A stretch of DNA of 64,000 nucleotides, from positions 96,001 through 160,000 of the forward strand of contig JBBIGR010000004.1 in assembly GCA_037447435.1 (NCBI GenBank), given 5' to 3'. Source of the DNA: Fibrobacteria bacterium. Lineage in GTDB: Bacteria > Fibrobacterota > Chitinivibrionia > Chitinivibrionales > FEN-1185. The position numbers were made by a program, and so were the translations under genes. This document shows, piece by piece, positions 9,440 to 18,777 of this stretch (within the stretch, counting starts at the first letter, position 1; every line of letters starts with the position of its first letter). Under the pieces are notes generated by a model, which worked only from the letters and a program-made list of their open reading frames with translations, had not been told where the DNA came from and did not search any database.

Positions 9440-10786
9440 ATGAAAACATCATTGCGTTTTGCCGTCGGTATTGCGTTAAATGTCCTTTTGCTTTCGTCCT
9501 GATTTGCTGCTGATAATTTTCCTTTTTCACAATCCCCCCCCGGCGGATTAAAACCGGAACAATGCCCCATGTTTGTTTTATTCGGGTTTGACGATAACGG
9601 CTATGCTGATGGAATCCTGTGGTTTCGAAACCTTGTAAAAGACTTGAAAAATCCCGACGGCACGCCGGTACGGGCAACTTTTTTTTGCAACGGCATATAT
9701 GGCGACAACGATCAGGAAGTTTTAGCGGCATGGCAAGCATTGGCAGACGACGGTCATGAAATCGGCAATCATACCTGGGACCATCCGCACGGTACCGGAC
9801 TTTCTCCGGATCAATGGAGCAAAGAAATTTCCGATAACACGACATTTCTCTCAAAAAATCTTTCGATCAATGCCAACCAAATCAAAGGTTTTAGAACGCC
9901 GTTTCTCGAATATACGCCAAGCACTATGACTGCCGTGGTAGCGAACGGATTGCAATACGATTGCAGCATCGAATTCGGATACAACGGATGGCAACCGGAT
10001 GTCGGAGATCCGGATTATCCCCCTGCCACATCCGGTCTCTGGTGGAATTCCATGAGCAGCTCTAAAACATTTCAAAAATTGTTCTGGCCGTATACGTTGG
10101 ATAAAGGCTCTCCTCCTGGAAACTCGGCAATTGGAAATCCCGTGGTTGCCGGGTTATGGGAAATCCCGGTTTACACGTATTTACGGGCCGATACCACCGG
10201 TGTCGTCACCGGCTTCGATTTTAACCTTTGGACTAATTCTACCAGGGCATATTTCGCCGCAACTTTGGAAAAGAATTTCGACCTCAGGTACACGGGCAAC
10301 CGTTCGCCGCTTCTCATCAGTGCGCACACTGATTATTATACAAAAGACAATGAAGATGCCGAAACTGCTTTTCCAAACGCACATTGGCAGGACCGCCGCG
10401 GCGCAATAGAAGATATTTTAACGTATGTCCGCAAATTTCCGGATGTGAGAATCGTTCCCATCAGCAATATGTTCAACTGGATGAAAAATCCTACGCCCCT
10501 CAGCCCGACATCGAATAAAAATGCCATTGCCCCAAAAGCCGCAATGACCAAAATCGCAATGAAATTCCTATCCAAAAAAGCAGTGGGCTTTTCTGTTCCT
10601 GCAAACGGGGCATTCGATTTATTGATTATCAATTCTGCCGGAACCGTGTTGCAAAAAAGCCGTGCAACGGCAAACGAAAACTCCGTTGTTTTCCCAATGG
10701 GAAATCTTCATGCATCGGGTTATTTCTTGTTTACGCTTAAAACTAAGCAAAATGTCGTTTTTACAAAGACCGCTTTTGTTGAATAA
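9440..10786 (+). pseudogene. Secreted polysaccharide deacetylase (CE4/NodB) interrupted by an in-frame TGA at 9500-9502
   Basis: MKTSLRFAVGIALNVLLLSS*FAADNFPFSQSPPGGLKPEQCPMFVLFGFDDN in a single frame; HEIGNHTWDH, GFRTPFL motifs; C-terminal CTD-like tail. Confidence 0.75.
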
Positions 10787-10817
10787 ACAGTCGGGCTAAT
10801 CTGCAGATACTATTTTT

Positions 10818-10853
10818 AAGGAAAGTGTGTTCCTAATCACACTTTCCTTTTTT
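10818..10853 (+). terminator. Intrinsic terminator
   Basis: AAGGAAAGTGTG-loop-CACACTTTCCTT followed by T-run. Confidence 0.8.
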
Positions 10854-10911
10854 AAACCAATCTATTTTAGTTTGATCTTCATCTATAATTCCTATTTACG
10901 CAAAAGGATTT

Positions 10912-13755
10912 TTGATGTCCAAAATGCAACAATTCATCTTATGCCTTGCGATGCTGGTAATTTTAAGCATTTCCTCCTGCACTAATATAGCAAACCCTTT
11001 CGATGATCCTAATAATGCAACAGCATCCTTGATTATTGTTGATTCAAAACTACTTGCAAGCACCGGCAACGAAGTGTTCGATACCGTCGGGAATACGCTT
11101 AAAATAGGAGTTTGCGCATACCTGCCGAATTTCGTTGATTCCGTGAGAGTAAGCATCACCGCGGGAATTGTAGATACGACTTTTAAAATAGAGAAATTCA
11201 GTTCGGAAATCGATACTCATTGGTGCCCTATTGTTTTAAAAAAAATCGGCGTCCATTACGTTTCGGCCAGGGCATATTTCAAAGGTGGAAATCTCCGCGA
11301 TTATTCGGGAAGAATTACAATAGCAGGAAAAAACCTCGTTCCTGTCGTAAAACCGACAACCGCAACTGCAAACGAAGGCGAAATGGTAACTTTTGTTGTT
11401 TCGGTTCAAGGCGATACAAATCTGACATACCAATGGTCCCATAATAAATCTCCGCTCATTGGCAAAACAGGCCCCGGTCTCGGATTAAACAACCTTACGG
11501 TAACGGATTCCGGTTTGTATTCCTGTCGTGTCATCGACGAATTTGGCGATTCCGTTTTTTCGTCGCCGGTTTATCTGACCGTAATTCCAAAATCGATAAC
11601 AAAAGCCAATACAAAACCCGGCCTGACGGTATTGGGCAGGAAAAGTTACCTCGAAGGAGAAATTTGTACGCTGTCCGTTGCCGTCGTCGACCCCGATTCC
11701 GGCACATCGGATTCCGTTGCCGTTTTAAAAGCGCCCGCCGGATATACTTATAATAATAATGTTTTCATTTATAAACCGATTGCAGGTTTTATCGGAACCG
11801 ATTCCGTGATATTTACGGCCATTGATAATGGAATACCGCCTCTTGCAGATACGCTAACGGTACAATTCACCGTTTCCAAGACGATGCCCGGCAACGAAGG
11901 TCCGGGGATTATTACTCAGCCGATAAATCAAACAGTGAAGGCAGGTACTTCCGTAACCTTTACCGTGGTCGCCTCCGGAACTCCCTTGCCGTCATACCAA
12001 TGGCGGAAAAATGGCGTCAATTGCACGTCTCCGTCCGCCGTAACCGCATCTCTGACTATTGATCCGGCAACGATAAGGGATACGGGGACTTATACGGTAA
12101 TTCTGACTAATCCCGTCGGTACCTTGACAAGCTCCGGTGCTTCATTGACAATTACCTCAACGCCGGTAATTACGGTAAATGCTCCGACTCTCACAAATGA
12201 TTCAAGTTATGTAACTGAAGCCAACCCGGTCATCACTGGAACGGCGGCAAGTGAAGCGGGCGTACAAGGACTAACGGCAAAAATAGACGGCAACGGCATT
12301 GCCGTGACGGGTTTGACCAATTGGAGTTTAAGCCTTGCGGGAATCACTAAAAAAGTTTGGCATTCCATTTCCATATCCGAAACGGATAGCGCCGGTAAAT
12401 CGATCACCAAATCGTTTCAAATATTTTATCGACCGGTATTATCGAAGCCGAACCCAACCGCTTTGATTACCGCGACAAGCAGGGCAATTTCTATTTCCTG
12501 GCCTTTTGTGTCGAATTGTGAAAAATATTGCATTTACAGATCGGCCAACGGGATACTTGGTTCTTACACGCTTATCAAAGATACTGCCTCGACGGGAATG
12601 GTCGATAGCATGCTTAAAATAGACAAAGAGTACTGCTATAAAATCAGGGGTTACTATTCAATAGGAACAAGCAAATATTCAAGAGATACGACTGAATTTT
12701 CGGATCCTGCAAACTTTTCAACAAAGAATTGGTTTCAGCACGTTTACAATATTTCCGAATCGGGAACGTCGGTGATTCAATGGCCGGATTCGGGATATGT
12801 TTTCTGTATGTCCAACTACAATGGGACCGCTACCGGCAGGGCGATGATCATGAAAATAAACAGTTCATCCGATAGCCTGTGGTGTAATTCGTACGGTACG
12901 ATAAGTTGCGGATTAAATACTATCTGCCGAGTCGAATCCGATGGTGGAATTCTATCGGGCGGCTTTACAACAGCGAATAGTCGTTCGATCGATTATCTTC
13001 TAAAAACCGATGCCCTTGGAAATATTGGTACTGCAAACACTTGGAGTAAATCGTTCACCGGCGGTATTATTTATTCAATTTTACAATCTAAAAACTCCGC
13101 TAGCCCCGGATTTGTTGCTACCGGCTACACGTATGTTGCAATGCTCGGTGCGGTGACAAGGTGGGGCAAATGTACGCCGGCCGGTGATTCGATTTGGGCC
13201 AAAAGCATGTTTCCCTATGAAGCATATTCATCCACCGCAACTACGGACGGTAATTATGTCTTAGCCATTGGCGGCAATGCTCCGGGAATCGCTAAGTTTA
13301 ATGAAGTTGGTGATACTCTTTGGACTAAATACTATAATTTGGGATTTTATTTCCATTCAAAATCTATTCGGGAAACGTATGACAAGGGATTTTTCATGGT
13401 CGTAGATTCTCAATATTCGCCATTTTCCTCCTATTTGATTAAAACAAATTCTTATGGCGACAGTCTATGGTTAAAATCATTGGGAAACATGACTATTAGC
13501 GGGAATAATTCTTTTCAGAAGCTTGCTAACGGCAATTTTGCATTAATAGGAAATACTGCGACATCGGAACCGAATACAATAAAACTTTTAATACTTGACC
13601 CAAATGGAGTGATTCTTCTTTCGAAAACTTATTCCAATGCGGGTATTGCAAATTCCATTCAGCAAACCTTTGATGGCGGATTCATTATCTGCGGATCTAA
13701 AGGCGGCAAAGTACAATTAATTAAAACCGATGTTAATGGCGATATTGGTCCTTAA
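10912..13755 (+). CDS. Lipoprotein with immunoglobulin and FN3-like domains and C-terminal beta-propeller-like repeats
   Basis: Lipobox ISSC; Ig motifs LTYQW...DSGLYSC and YQWRKNG...DTGTYTV; repeated GD(S/T)(L/I)W.K motifs. Confidence 0.75.
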   Translation: MMSKMQQFILCLAMLVILSISSCTNIANPFDDPNNATASLIIVDSKLLASTGNEVFDTVGNTLKIGVCAYLPNFVDSVRVSITAGIVDTTFKIEKFSSEIDTHWCPIVLKKIGVHYVSARAYFKGGNLRDYSGRITIAGKNLVPVVKPTTATANEGEMVTFVVSVQGDTNLTYQWSHNKSPLIGKTGPGLGLNNLTVTDSGLYSCRVIDEFGDSVFSSPVYLTVIPKSITKANTKPGLTVLGRKSYLEGEICTLSVAVVDPDSGTSDSVAVLKAPAGYTYNNNVFIYKPIAGFIGTDSVIFTAIDNGIPPLADTLTVQFTVSKTMPGNEGPGIITQPINQTVKAGTSVTFTVVASGTPLPSYQWRKNGVNCTSPSAVTASLTIDPATIRDTGTYTVILTNPVGTLTSSGASLTITSTPVITVNAPTLTNDSSYVTEANPVITGTAASEAGVQGLTAKIDGNGIAVTGLTNWSLSLAGITKKVWHSISISETDSAGKSITKSFQIFYRPVLSKPNPTALITATSRAISISWPFVSNCEKYCIYRSANGILGSYTLIKDTASTGMVDSMLKIDKEYCYKIRGYYSIGTSKYSRDTTEFSDPANFSTKNWFQHVYNISESGTSVIQWPDSGYVFCMSNYNGTATGRAMIMKINSSSDSLWCNSYGTISCGLNTICRVESDGGILSGGFTTANSRSIDYLLKTDALGNIGTANTWSKSFTGGIIYSILQSKNSASPGFVATGYTYVAMLGAVTRWGKCTPAGDSIWAKSMFPYEAYSSTATTDGNYVLAIGGNAPGIAKFNEVGDTLWTKYYNLGFYFHSKSIRETYDKGFFMVVDSQYSPFSSYLIKTNSYGDSLWLKSLGNMTISGNNSFQKLANGNFALIGNTATSEPNTIKLLILDPNGVILLSKTYSNAGIANSIQQTFDGGFIICGSKGGKVQLIKTDVNGDIGP

Positions 13756-13953
13756 CTTTTTTATGCAATAAAACTCTATTTAGATAATTTCCATCGAGAT
13801 ATTTATTTTGGATTTCATTTTCTTTTAGATGGTTTTCAAAGGCTAAACGGTTTTGCAAACAATTTCAGGACTTTCTGCAAAGAAATCTCCGGTAAAACAT
13901 CCTATCTTATAACTATATTTATTGAAAATTACCTTTAAAAAAAGGAAGATCAG

Positions 13954-15870
13954 ATGAAAAAAATTGCAATCCTGGTTTTTTGCGCTTTCCTATTTGCCGC
14001 AAATGTAGTTAAAGCCGGCGGCGAAGTGGCATTTTGGGCCGCGGCCGGCACAGGTGTCGGAGCTTTGCAGCAATCGTATGGAAGTGTGAATCCCAAAGAT
14101 GCGATAACCACGGTATGCCTTCAATTTTGGACACCGACGGCCTCCGGTGGTGTAACCAAAGGTGCCGATAATCCCTCAAGTTTTGTTACTTGGGCTCACC
14201 AAAATGGTATCAAAGTGCTTTTAACGGTAGCCAACAATGCATCGTGGGATTGGAACCTTGCCTCAAGCGCCTTTGGAAATGCCAATGCGTTTGCAACTGC
14301 ACTTATTAATGAAGCAAATGCGTATCAGATGGACGGTATCGACTTGGACCTCGAAGGATATGGCATATCGACCAGTCAATCAAGCCAGACACGGACACAA
14401 TTTAGCGCTTTCATAACAACGTTGTCCGGTAAGCTAAAAGCAAGCACAACCAATTGCAAAATGCTTACGGTTTGCACCACTGCAGATGCACCGGATAATC
14501 CGGATAATGTTCCCAATAGTGATTGGTGGAAAGATTGGGTGGGCAAAGTCGATTTCGTTCATGATATGCTTTACGCGGAAGGCGGAGAAGCCGATTGCGA
14601 AGGATCGGATCCCAATGTTGTTGGCGACGATCAATACTATTACAGCACGCAGCAAGGTATTGGTAAAGCCGTCGGCTATGCCGCATCACAGATCTCAATG
14701 TGTATTCCTTCGTTCAACACGGAAAATGCCGCCGGATGGCAAAGCAAATGGAGTACTCACTTTGATCAACTTTTAAAAATCGGCGCAAGCATCGGCGTAT
14801 GGGACCTGAAGCTATCGGACCCAAATTGGACATCGTCTGCACTTTGGACAAAACTCAAACAATTCAAAACAAGCGCCAATAATAACAGCTTGGCCATTAC
14901 CGCAACTTCCGGCGGTAAAGTCACCACAAGCCCGACAGGCACAAGCTTCGCTCCCGGGACGGTAGTCACTTTGACCGCTGTGCCTGATGCCGGTTTTAAA
15001 TTTGTTTCATGGAGCGGCGATTTTACCGGAACCGCAACGACGGCATCGGTCACCATGAATGCCAACAAAACAATCACCGCGACCTTCGCACTCACCAGCG
15101 GCGGCGGGGCGTTCGATATGTTTGCAAACGGCACGTGGGATTCTTATATCGATACCTACGGTTCAAAAATCACCATGACAAAGACCGCGACCGCGCTTAC
15201 CGGGGTTTGGACATTGGTGAAACAGCCGACAGACAACGATTACCCCTATGTCGGCGTCAATGTCGACGCGTCCGCCGGTTCATACAAAGGATTGACGTCC
15301 GTTATCGTTACGTACAAATCGACATCGAACCTTCTGATTTCCCTGACCGATCCCGCACTTGCAAGCGACGGCGATTGCTATCAGTATTCATTGCCGATAT
15401 CCGCATCCGTTCGAATAGATACTCTTGCTTTGAGCGATTTCCAACAGCCGTCCAACCCCACTAAGGTCGCACCGCTTCGTCTTGATTCCATCACGGACAT
15501 CGATTTTACGCCCGACATGGAACTCTCCACCACTACGGGCGGCGCGGGTAATTTCGTCATAAGCGGGCTCATTGTTAACGGAACGACTCTCAGCGGCGCA
15601 TCCGCAATTTCCAACAAGCATGTGTCAATGGCGAACATGTCTGCGTCCCCCATCATTAAAAACACACCGGCAGGCCTCGAGATTTCCAATATCAGGAACA
15701 CTCGTTCCATCGTGGTGTATAATGCAATCGGACGCGCAATCGCAACCCTAACGCCTTCCATGTCGCAACGCAGCGTCATGAAAGTTCCCATGGGTAAAAC
15801 GAACGGAATCCTATTTGTCCGTTTCAGCGGCACAAACGGATCATCGTCGGTGCAACGCATCATCCGCTAA
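13954..15870 (+). CDS. Secreted GH18 (chitinase-like) glycoside hydrolase with InlB/Flg_new-type repeat, CBM-like domain and CTD-like tail
   Basis: Intact DGIDLDLE (DxxDxDxE); KVLLTV; VTLTAVPDAGFKFVSWSGD repeat. Confidence 0.82.
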   Translation: MKKIAILVFCAFLFAANVVKAGGEVAFWAAAGTGVGALQQSYGSVNPKDAITTVCLQFWTPTASGGVTKGADNPSSFVTWAHQNGIKVLLTVANNASWDWNLASSAFGNANAFATALINEANAYQMDGIDLDLEGYGISTSQSSQTRTQFSAFITTLSGKLKASTTNCKMLTVCTTADAPDNPDNVPNSDWWKDWVGKVDFVHDMLYAEGGEADCEGSDPNVVGDDQYYYSTQQGIGKAVGYAASQISMCIPSFNTENAAGWQSKWSTHFDQLLKIGASIGVWDLKLSDPNWTSSALWTKLKQFKTSANNNSLAITATSGGKVTTSPTGTSFAPGTVVTLTAVPDAGFKFVSWSGDFTGTATTASVTMNANKTITATFALTSGGGAFDMFANGTWDSYIDTYGSKITMTKTATALTGVWTLVKQPTDNDYPYVGVNVDASAGSYKGLTSVIVTYKSTSNLLISLTDPALASDGDCYQYSLPISASVRIDTLALSDFQQPSNPTKVAPLRLDSITDIDFTPDMELSTTTGGAGNFVISGLIVNGTTLSGASAISNKHVSMANMSASPIIKNTPAGLEISNIRNTRSIVVYNAIGRAIATLTPSMSQRSVMKVPMGKTNGILFVRFSGTNGSSSVQRIIR

Positions 15871-15889
15871 GCATTGATTTACATTCATG

Positions 15890-15922
15890 AAAAGGCCGGC
15901 ATATTCATGCCGGCCTTTTTTT
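15890..15922 (+). terminator. Intrinsic terminator
   Basis: AAAAGGCCGGC-N8-GCCGGCCTTTT plus T-run. Confidence 0.85.
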
Positions 15923-16028
15923 ATCCCTCTTTTGGCCGTTCCCTCTTTTCCGATACATGGCAAAAATTTATATTCATTTTATTATTGATAATTAATCATT
16001 TATCGGCATTAATGGGAATTATGATTTT

Positions 16029-16728
16029 GCCCAAATTGGGAATCATAATGATTATTGGATTCCATCCCCATTGTACAGACGCCCAAATTGGGCGTCTGTA
16101 CGAAATCATATTCGCGGCAATATTTCGCATTTGCGGAATTAATAATTCGGGATATTGATCATTAAATTTTATATTGGGAATCATAATGATTATTGGATTC
16201 CATTCCCATTGTACAGACGCCCAATTTGGGCACCCTCACGCATACGCCGAATGAAATTTCTGCATCTGTACAGACGCCCAATTTGGGCGTCTCTACAACG
16301 AATCCCGCCGGGCAAAAACCCCAATGGAAACCCGGGATTATCGGAATAATCATTAATCAATATAAACGGATTTGCACCATTCAATCACGAAAAATCAATC
16401 CCGAATTTGCATGGCATCCGCGATTCCACGATCATATTATCCGAAATAATAATGAATTAAATCGAATTAGGAAATATATAATCAATAATCCCATGAAATG
16501 GAAAAATGATAATTCGGCATATCCGAATTAATTTTTGGGGAATTCGCGGGAATAATATTCGGGATATTGATCATGAAATTTCATATCGGGAATCATAATG
16601 AATTTTCCATGAAATTATCATGCATATTTTGATTCCATCCCCATCGTACAGCCGCACAATTTGGGGAATCATAAGGATTATTGGAATTCCATCCCCATCG
16701 TACAGACGCCCAATTTGGGCGTCTCTAT
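16029..16728. repeat. REP/REPIN-like palindromic repeat cluster
   Basis: GTACAGACGCCCAA(A/T)TTGGGCGTCT(G/C)TAC copies at 16073-16101, 16211-16231 (partial), 16268-16296, 16646-16666 (degenerate) and 16700-16728, mostly preceded by GGGAATCATAATGATTATTGGATTCCATCCCCAT. Confidence 0.85.
16193..16531 (+). mobile_element. C-terminal fragment of REP-associated tyrosine transposase (RAYT, IS200/IS605-related Y1)
   Basis: IINQYKR...FAWHPRFHDHIIRNNNELNRIRKYIINNPMKW motif; no HUH-containing N-terminus. Confidence 0.85.
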
Positions 16729-17250
16729 GGTTCCGAAATACTGAATCCGCGCATTTTTTTTCTTTTCTTTTCGATTTGAACCATATATAAACAAGATATA
16801 GAACAATTCCAAGACCGAATCCGATTATATACATTGCAAAGTAAACCGGCCTGGCTGCGTACGAAAAACATCCGGGGCCAACAAGCGTGACAATCGCGGT
16901 AAGAGAACCTTTCCAACTGAATTAAGCGCCCATAAGCTCGGCTTTGTGCCCGATTGTTCTTGTCGAACAATAAATACCTCGCCCATACCGCCGCGATATC
17001 GTTCGACAACATCAAATTCGAGTAACTTGCCTTGGGACTTGCAATGAAGCAGGTGTTCATTTCGATCCTGACGGGCTTCATAATAATGACCGGCAAACGG
17101 ATCCAAGGAAATGTTTTTTTTAAGAATGGGAACATCGTTTTCTTCCCCTATCCGATCGTGTAATGTAAAATCGGGACAAATCGTCTTGTTTGATTCGATT
17201 CAAGTTCGTTCCGAAAATCATCTTAAACTCCCAAAAATCCTGTCCCAAAA

Positions 17251-17483
17251 TTCATTTACAGGATTTTTGCATCATTTACATAATAAAATGGAACGTTTAC
17301 AAAGTATAAAGTTCATTTACAAAGCCTTTTTTATCGCTTTTATAAATAAAATTTGAATAAAATAGAGGTTTTTTATCTCCGGCAACGGCAAAATGCCCTA
17401 AAAATATTTCTGTAAATGAACTTTTGACCTCTGTAAATGATATTTTTTGAATATTCAATGAACTTTTAGGCTCTACCAATGAA
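17251..17483. repeat. Two opposed arrays of four ~21-bp-spaced TTCATTTACA-like motifs
   Basis: Motif at 17251, 17271, 17292, 17312; reverse complement at 17411, 17432, 17453, 17474. Confidence 0.65.
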
Positions 17484-17572
17484 CTTATCAGGATTGCTTG
17501 CTATTTTTTTCCCGCTGCGAATTACTGTCCCATAGCCATTTTTGCTAAAGTTTATAGTCGTCCAGAAACCTT

Positions 17573-17998
17573 TATACATCACCCGGATATTATTTCATTA
17601 CGGTAACCCATAATCGTGAACATTTGTTTGGCCATATTGACAATAGAATAATGTGTCTGAACGAATACGGCACAAATATTCAAAATGAATGGGGCAAATC
17701 GTTTGTTATCTGTCGAGGATTATTGCCCGATGAATTTGTGGTGATGCCGAATCATTTTCACGGAATTGTGCGCATGGTTGAAACCAAGGACCGAATCGGT
17801 CTCAACACCGTCATTGTAGAGACGTTCGGCCGAACGTCTCTACAAAAAACAACACCGCAACCGACGGACCGTCAACCGAAAGAATTCCCGCGAATATACC
17901 TGAAATCGGTCTTCGGGTATCGATATCGATACATCGCTCCCCTTGCTCGTATCGCAAATGATACATTCAATGTATTCATCTTAAATAAAAACCTTTAA
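17573..17998 (+). mobile_element. N-terminal fragment of a second RAYT transposase
   Basis: YTSPGYYFITVTHNREHLFG...FVVMPNHFHGIV (HUH motif); no catalytic Tyr region; stop codon just upstream in frame. Confidence 0.85.
17816..17843. repeat. GTAG-type REP palindrome
   Basis: Perfect palindrome GTAGAGACGTTCGGCCGAACGTCTCTAC. Confidence 0.85.
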
Positions 17999-18175
17999 TA
18001 ACATATTGAAATGTAATAAAATAGGAACGGGGCTTCGCCAACGGCACGATTATTGCGAAAATGGTAATGAATACTAGCAACTTTTAATGGTAAACAATTT
18101 TGCTTCTTCGGGAATAGCAAACAGTTTCCTATTATTTTCAATAAAAAAAGTCTTATCGAGGGTATAATTAATAGT

Positions 18176-18733
18176 ATGAAAATCGTTTTATGTTTTGTTT
18201 GCTTTTTGCTGTTTGCCAACACGCGCAATTGCCGGGGGCAATATTGTTCTAATGATAATCGGTTTACTCAAACGCCTACATTTAGCGCCAATCAAATTCA
18301 AATAGACTCGATGCCGTTTGCAAATGTGATAGATTGGCAAGGTGCGAATCAAACGTTGAAATTGGATGTGTATTATCCAAAGAACTCTGCGGAAACGATT
18401 TCCAAACGTCCTCTCATTATGATGATTTTTGGCGGCGGGTTTGTTTCGGGAAACAGAAGCCAAGTTTCGGAATACTGCCTGGATTTTGCGGAACGGGGCT
18501 TTGTCGCCGTTGCCATCGACTACCGGTTAGGACATGAAGTCGCACCTTGTACCGATACGCTATCATGGGAAAAAGCGGTATACAGAGTGCATCAGGACGC
18601 CCACGCTGCCATGCGCTTCATGGTTGCTCATGCGGCAACGTATAAAATCGATACCGCATGGCTTTTTGCAGGCGGATACAGCGCAGGTGCGGGCACCGCG
18701 TTGGCACTTTTCTGGAAAACGCATCTATTGTAA
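18176..18733 (+). pseudogene. Truncated secreted alpha/beta-hydrolase (carboxylesterase)
   Basis: LKLDVYYP, FGGGF oxyanion motif, IDYRLG, GYSAG nucleophile elbow, then stop 14 codons later with no Asp/His half. Confidence 0.7.
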
Positions 18734-18777
18734 AAAATTCATTCACTGATAGCAATTTAAGTTTTCAGGAAGATTTT

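Noticed and set aside
13820..13900. Riboswitch upstream of the GH18 gene
   Set aside because: Only scattered GCAAA words; no consistent secondary structure
16029..16728. CRISPR array
   Set aside because: Irregular spacing, inter-repeat segments are themselves repeated, no cas genes; RAYT-associated REPs explain it
17917..17932. Perfect palindrome GTATCGATATCGATAC
   Set aside because: Single low-complexity copy within decayed mobile DNA; no function supportable
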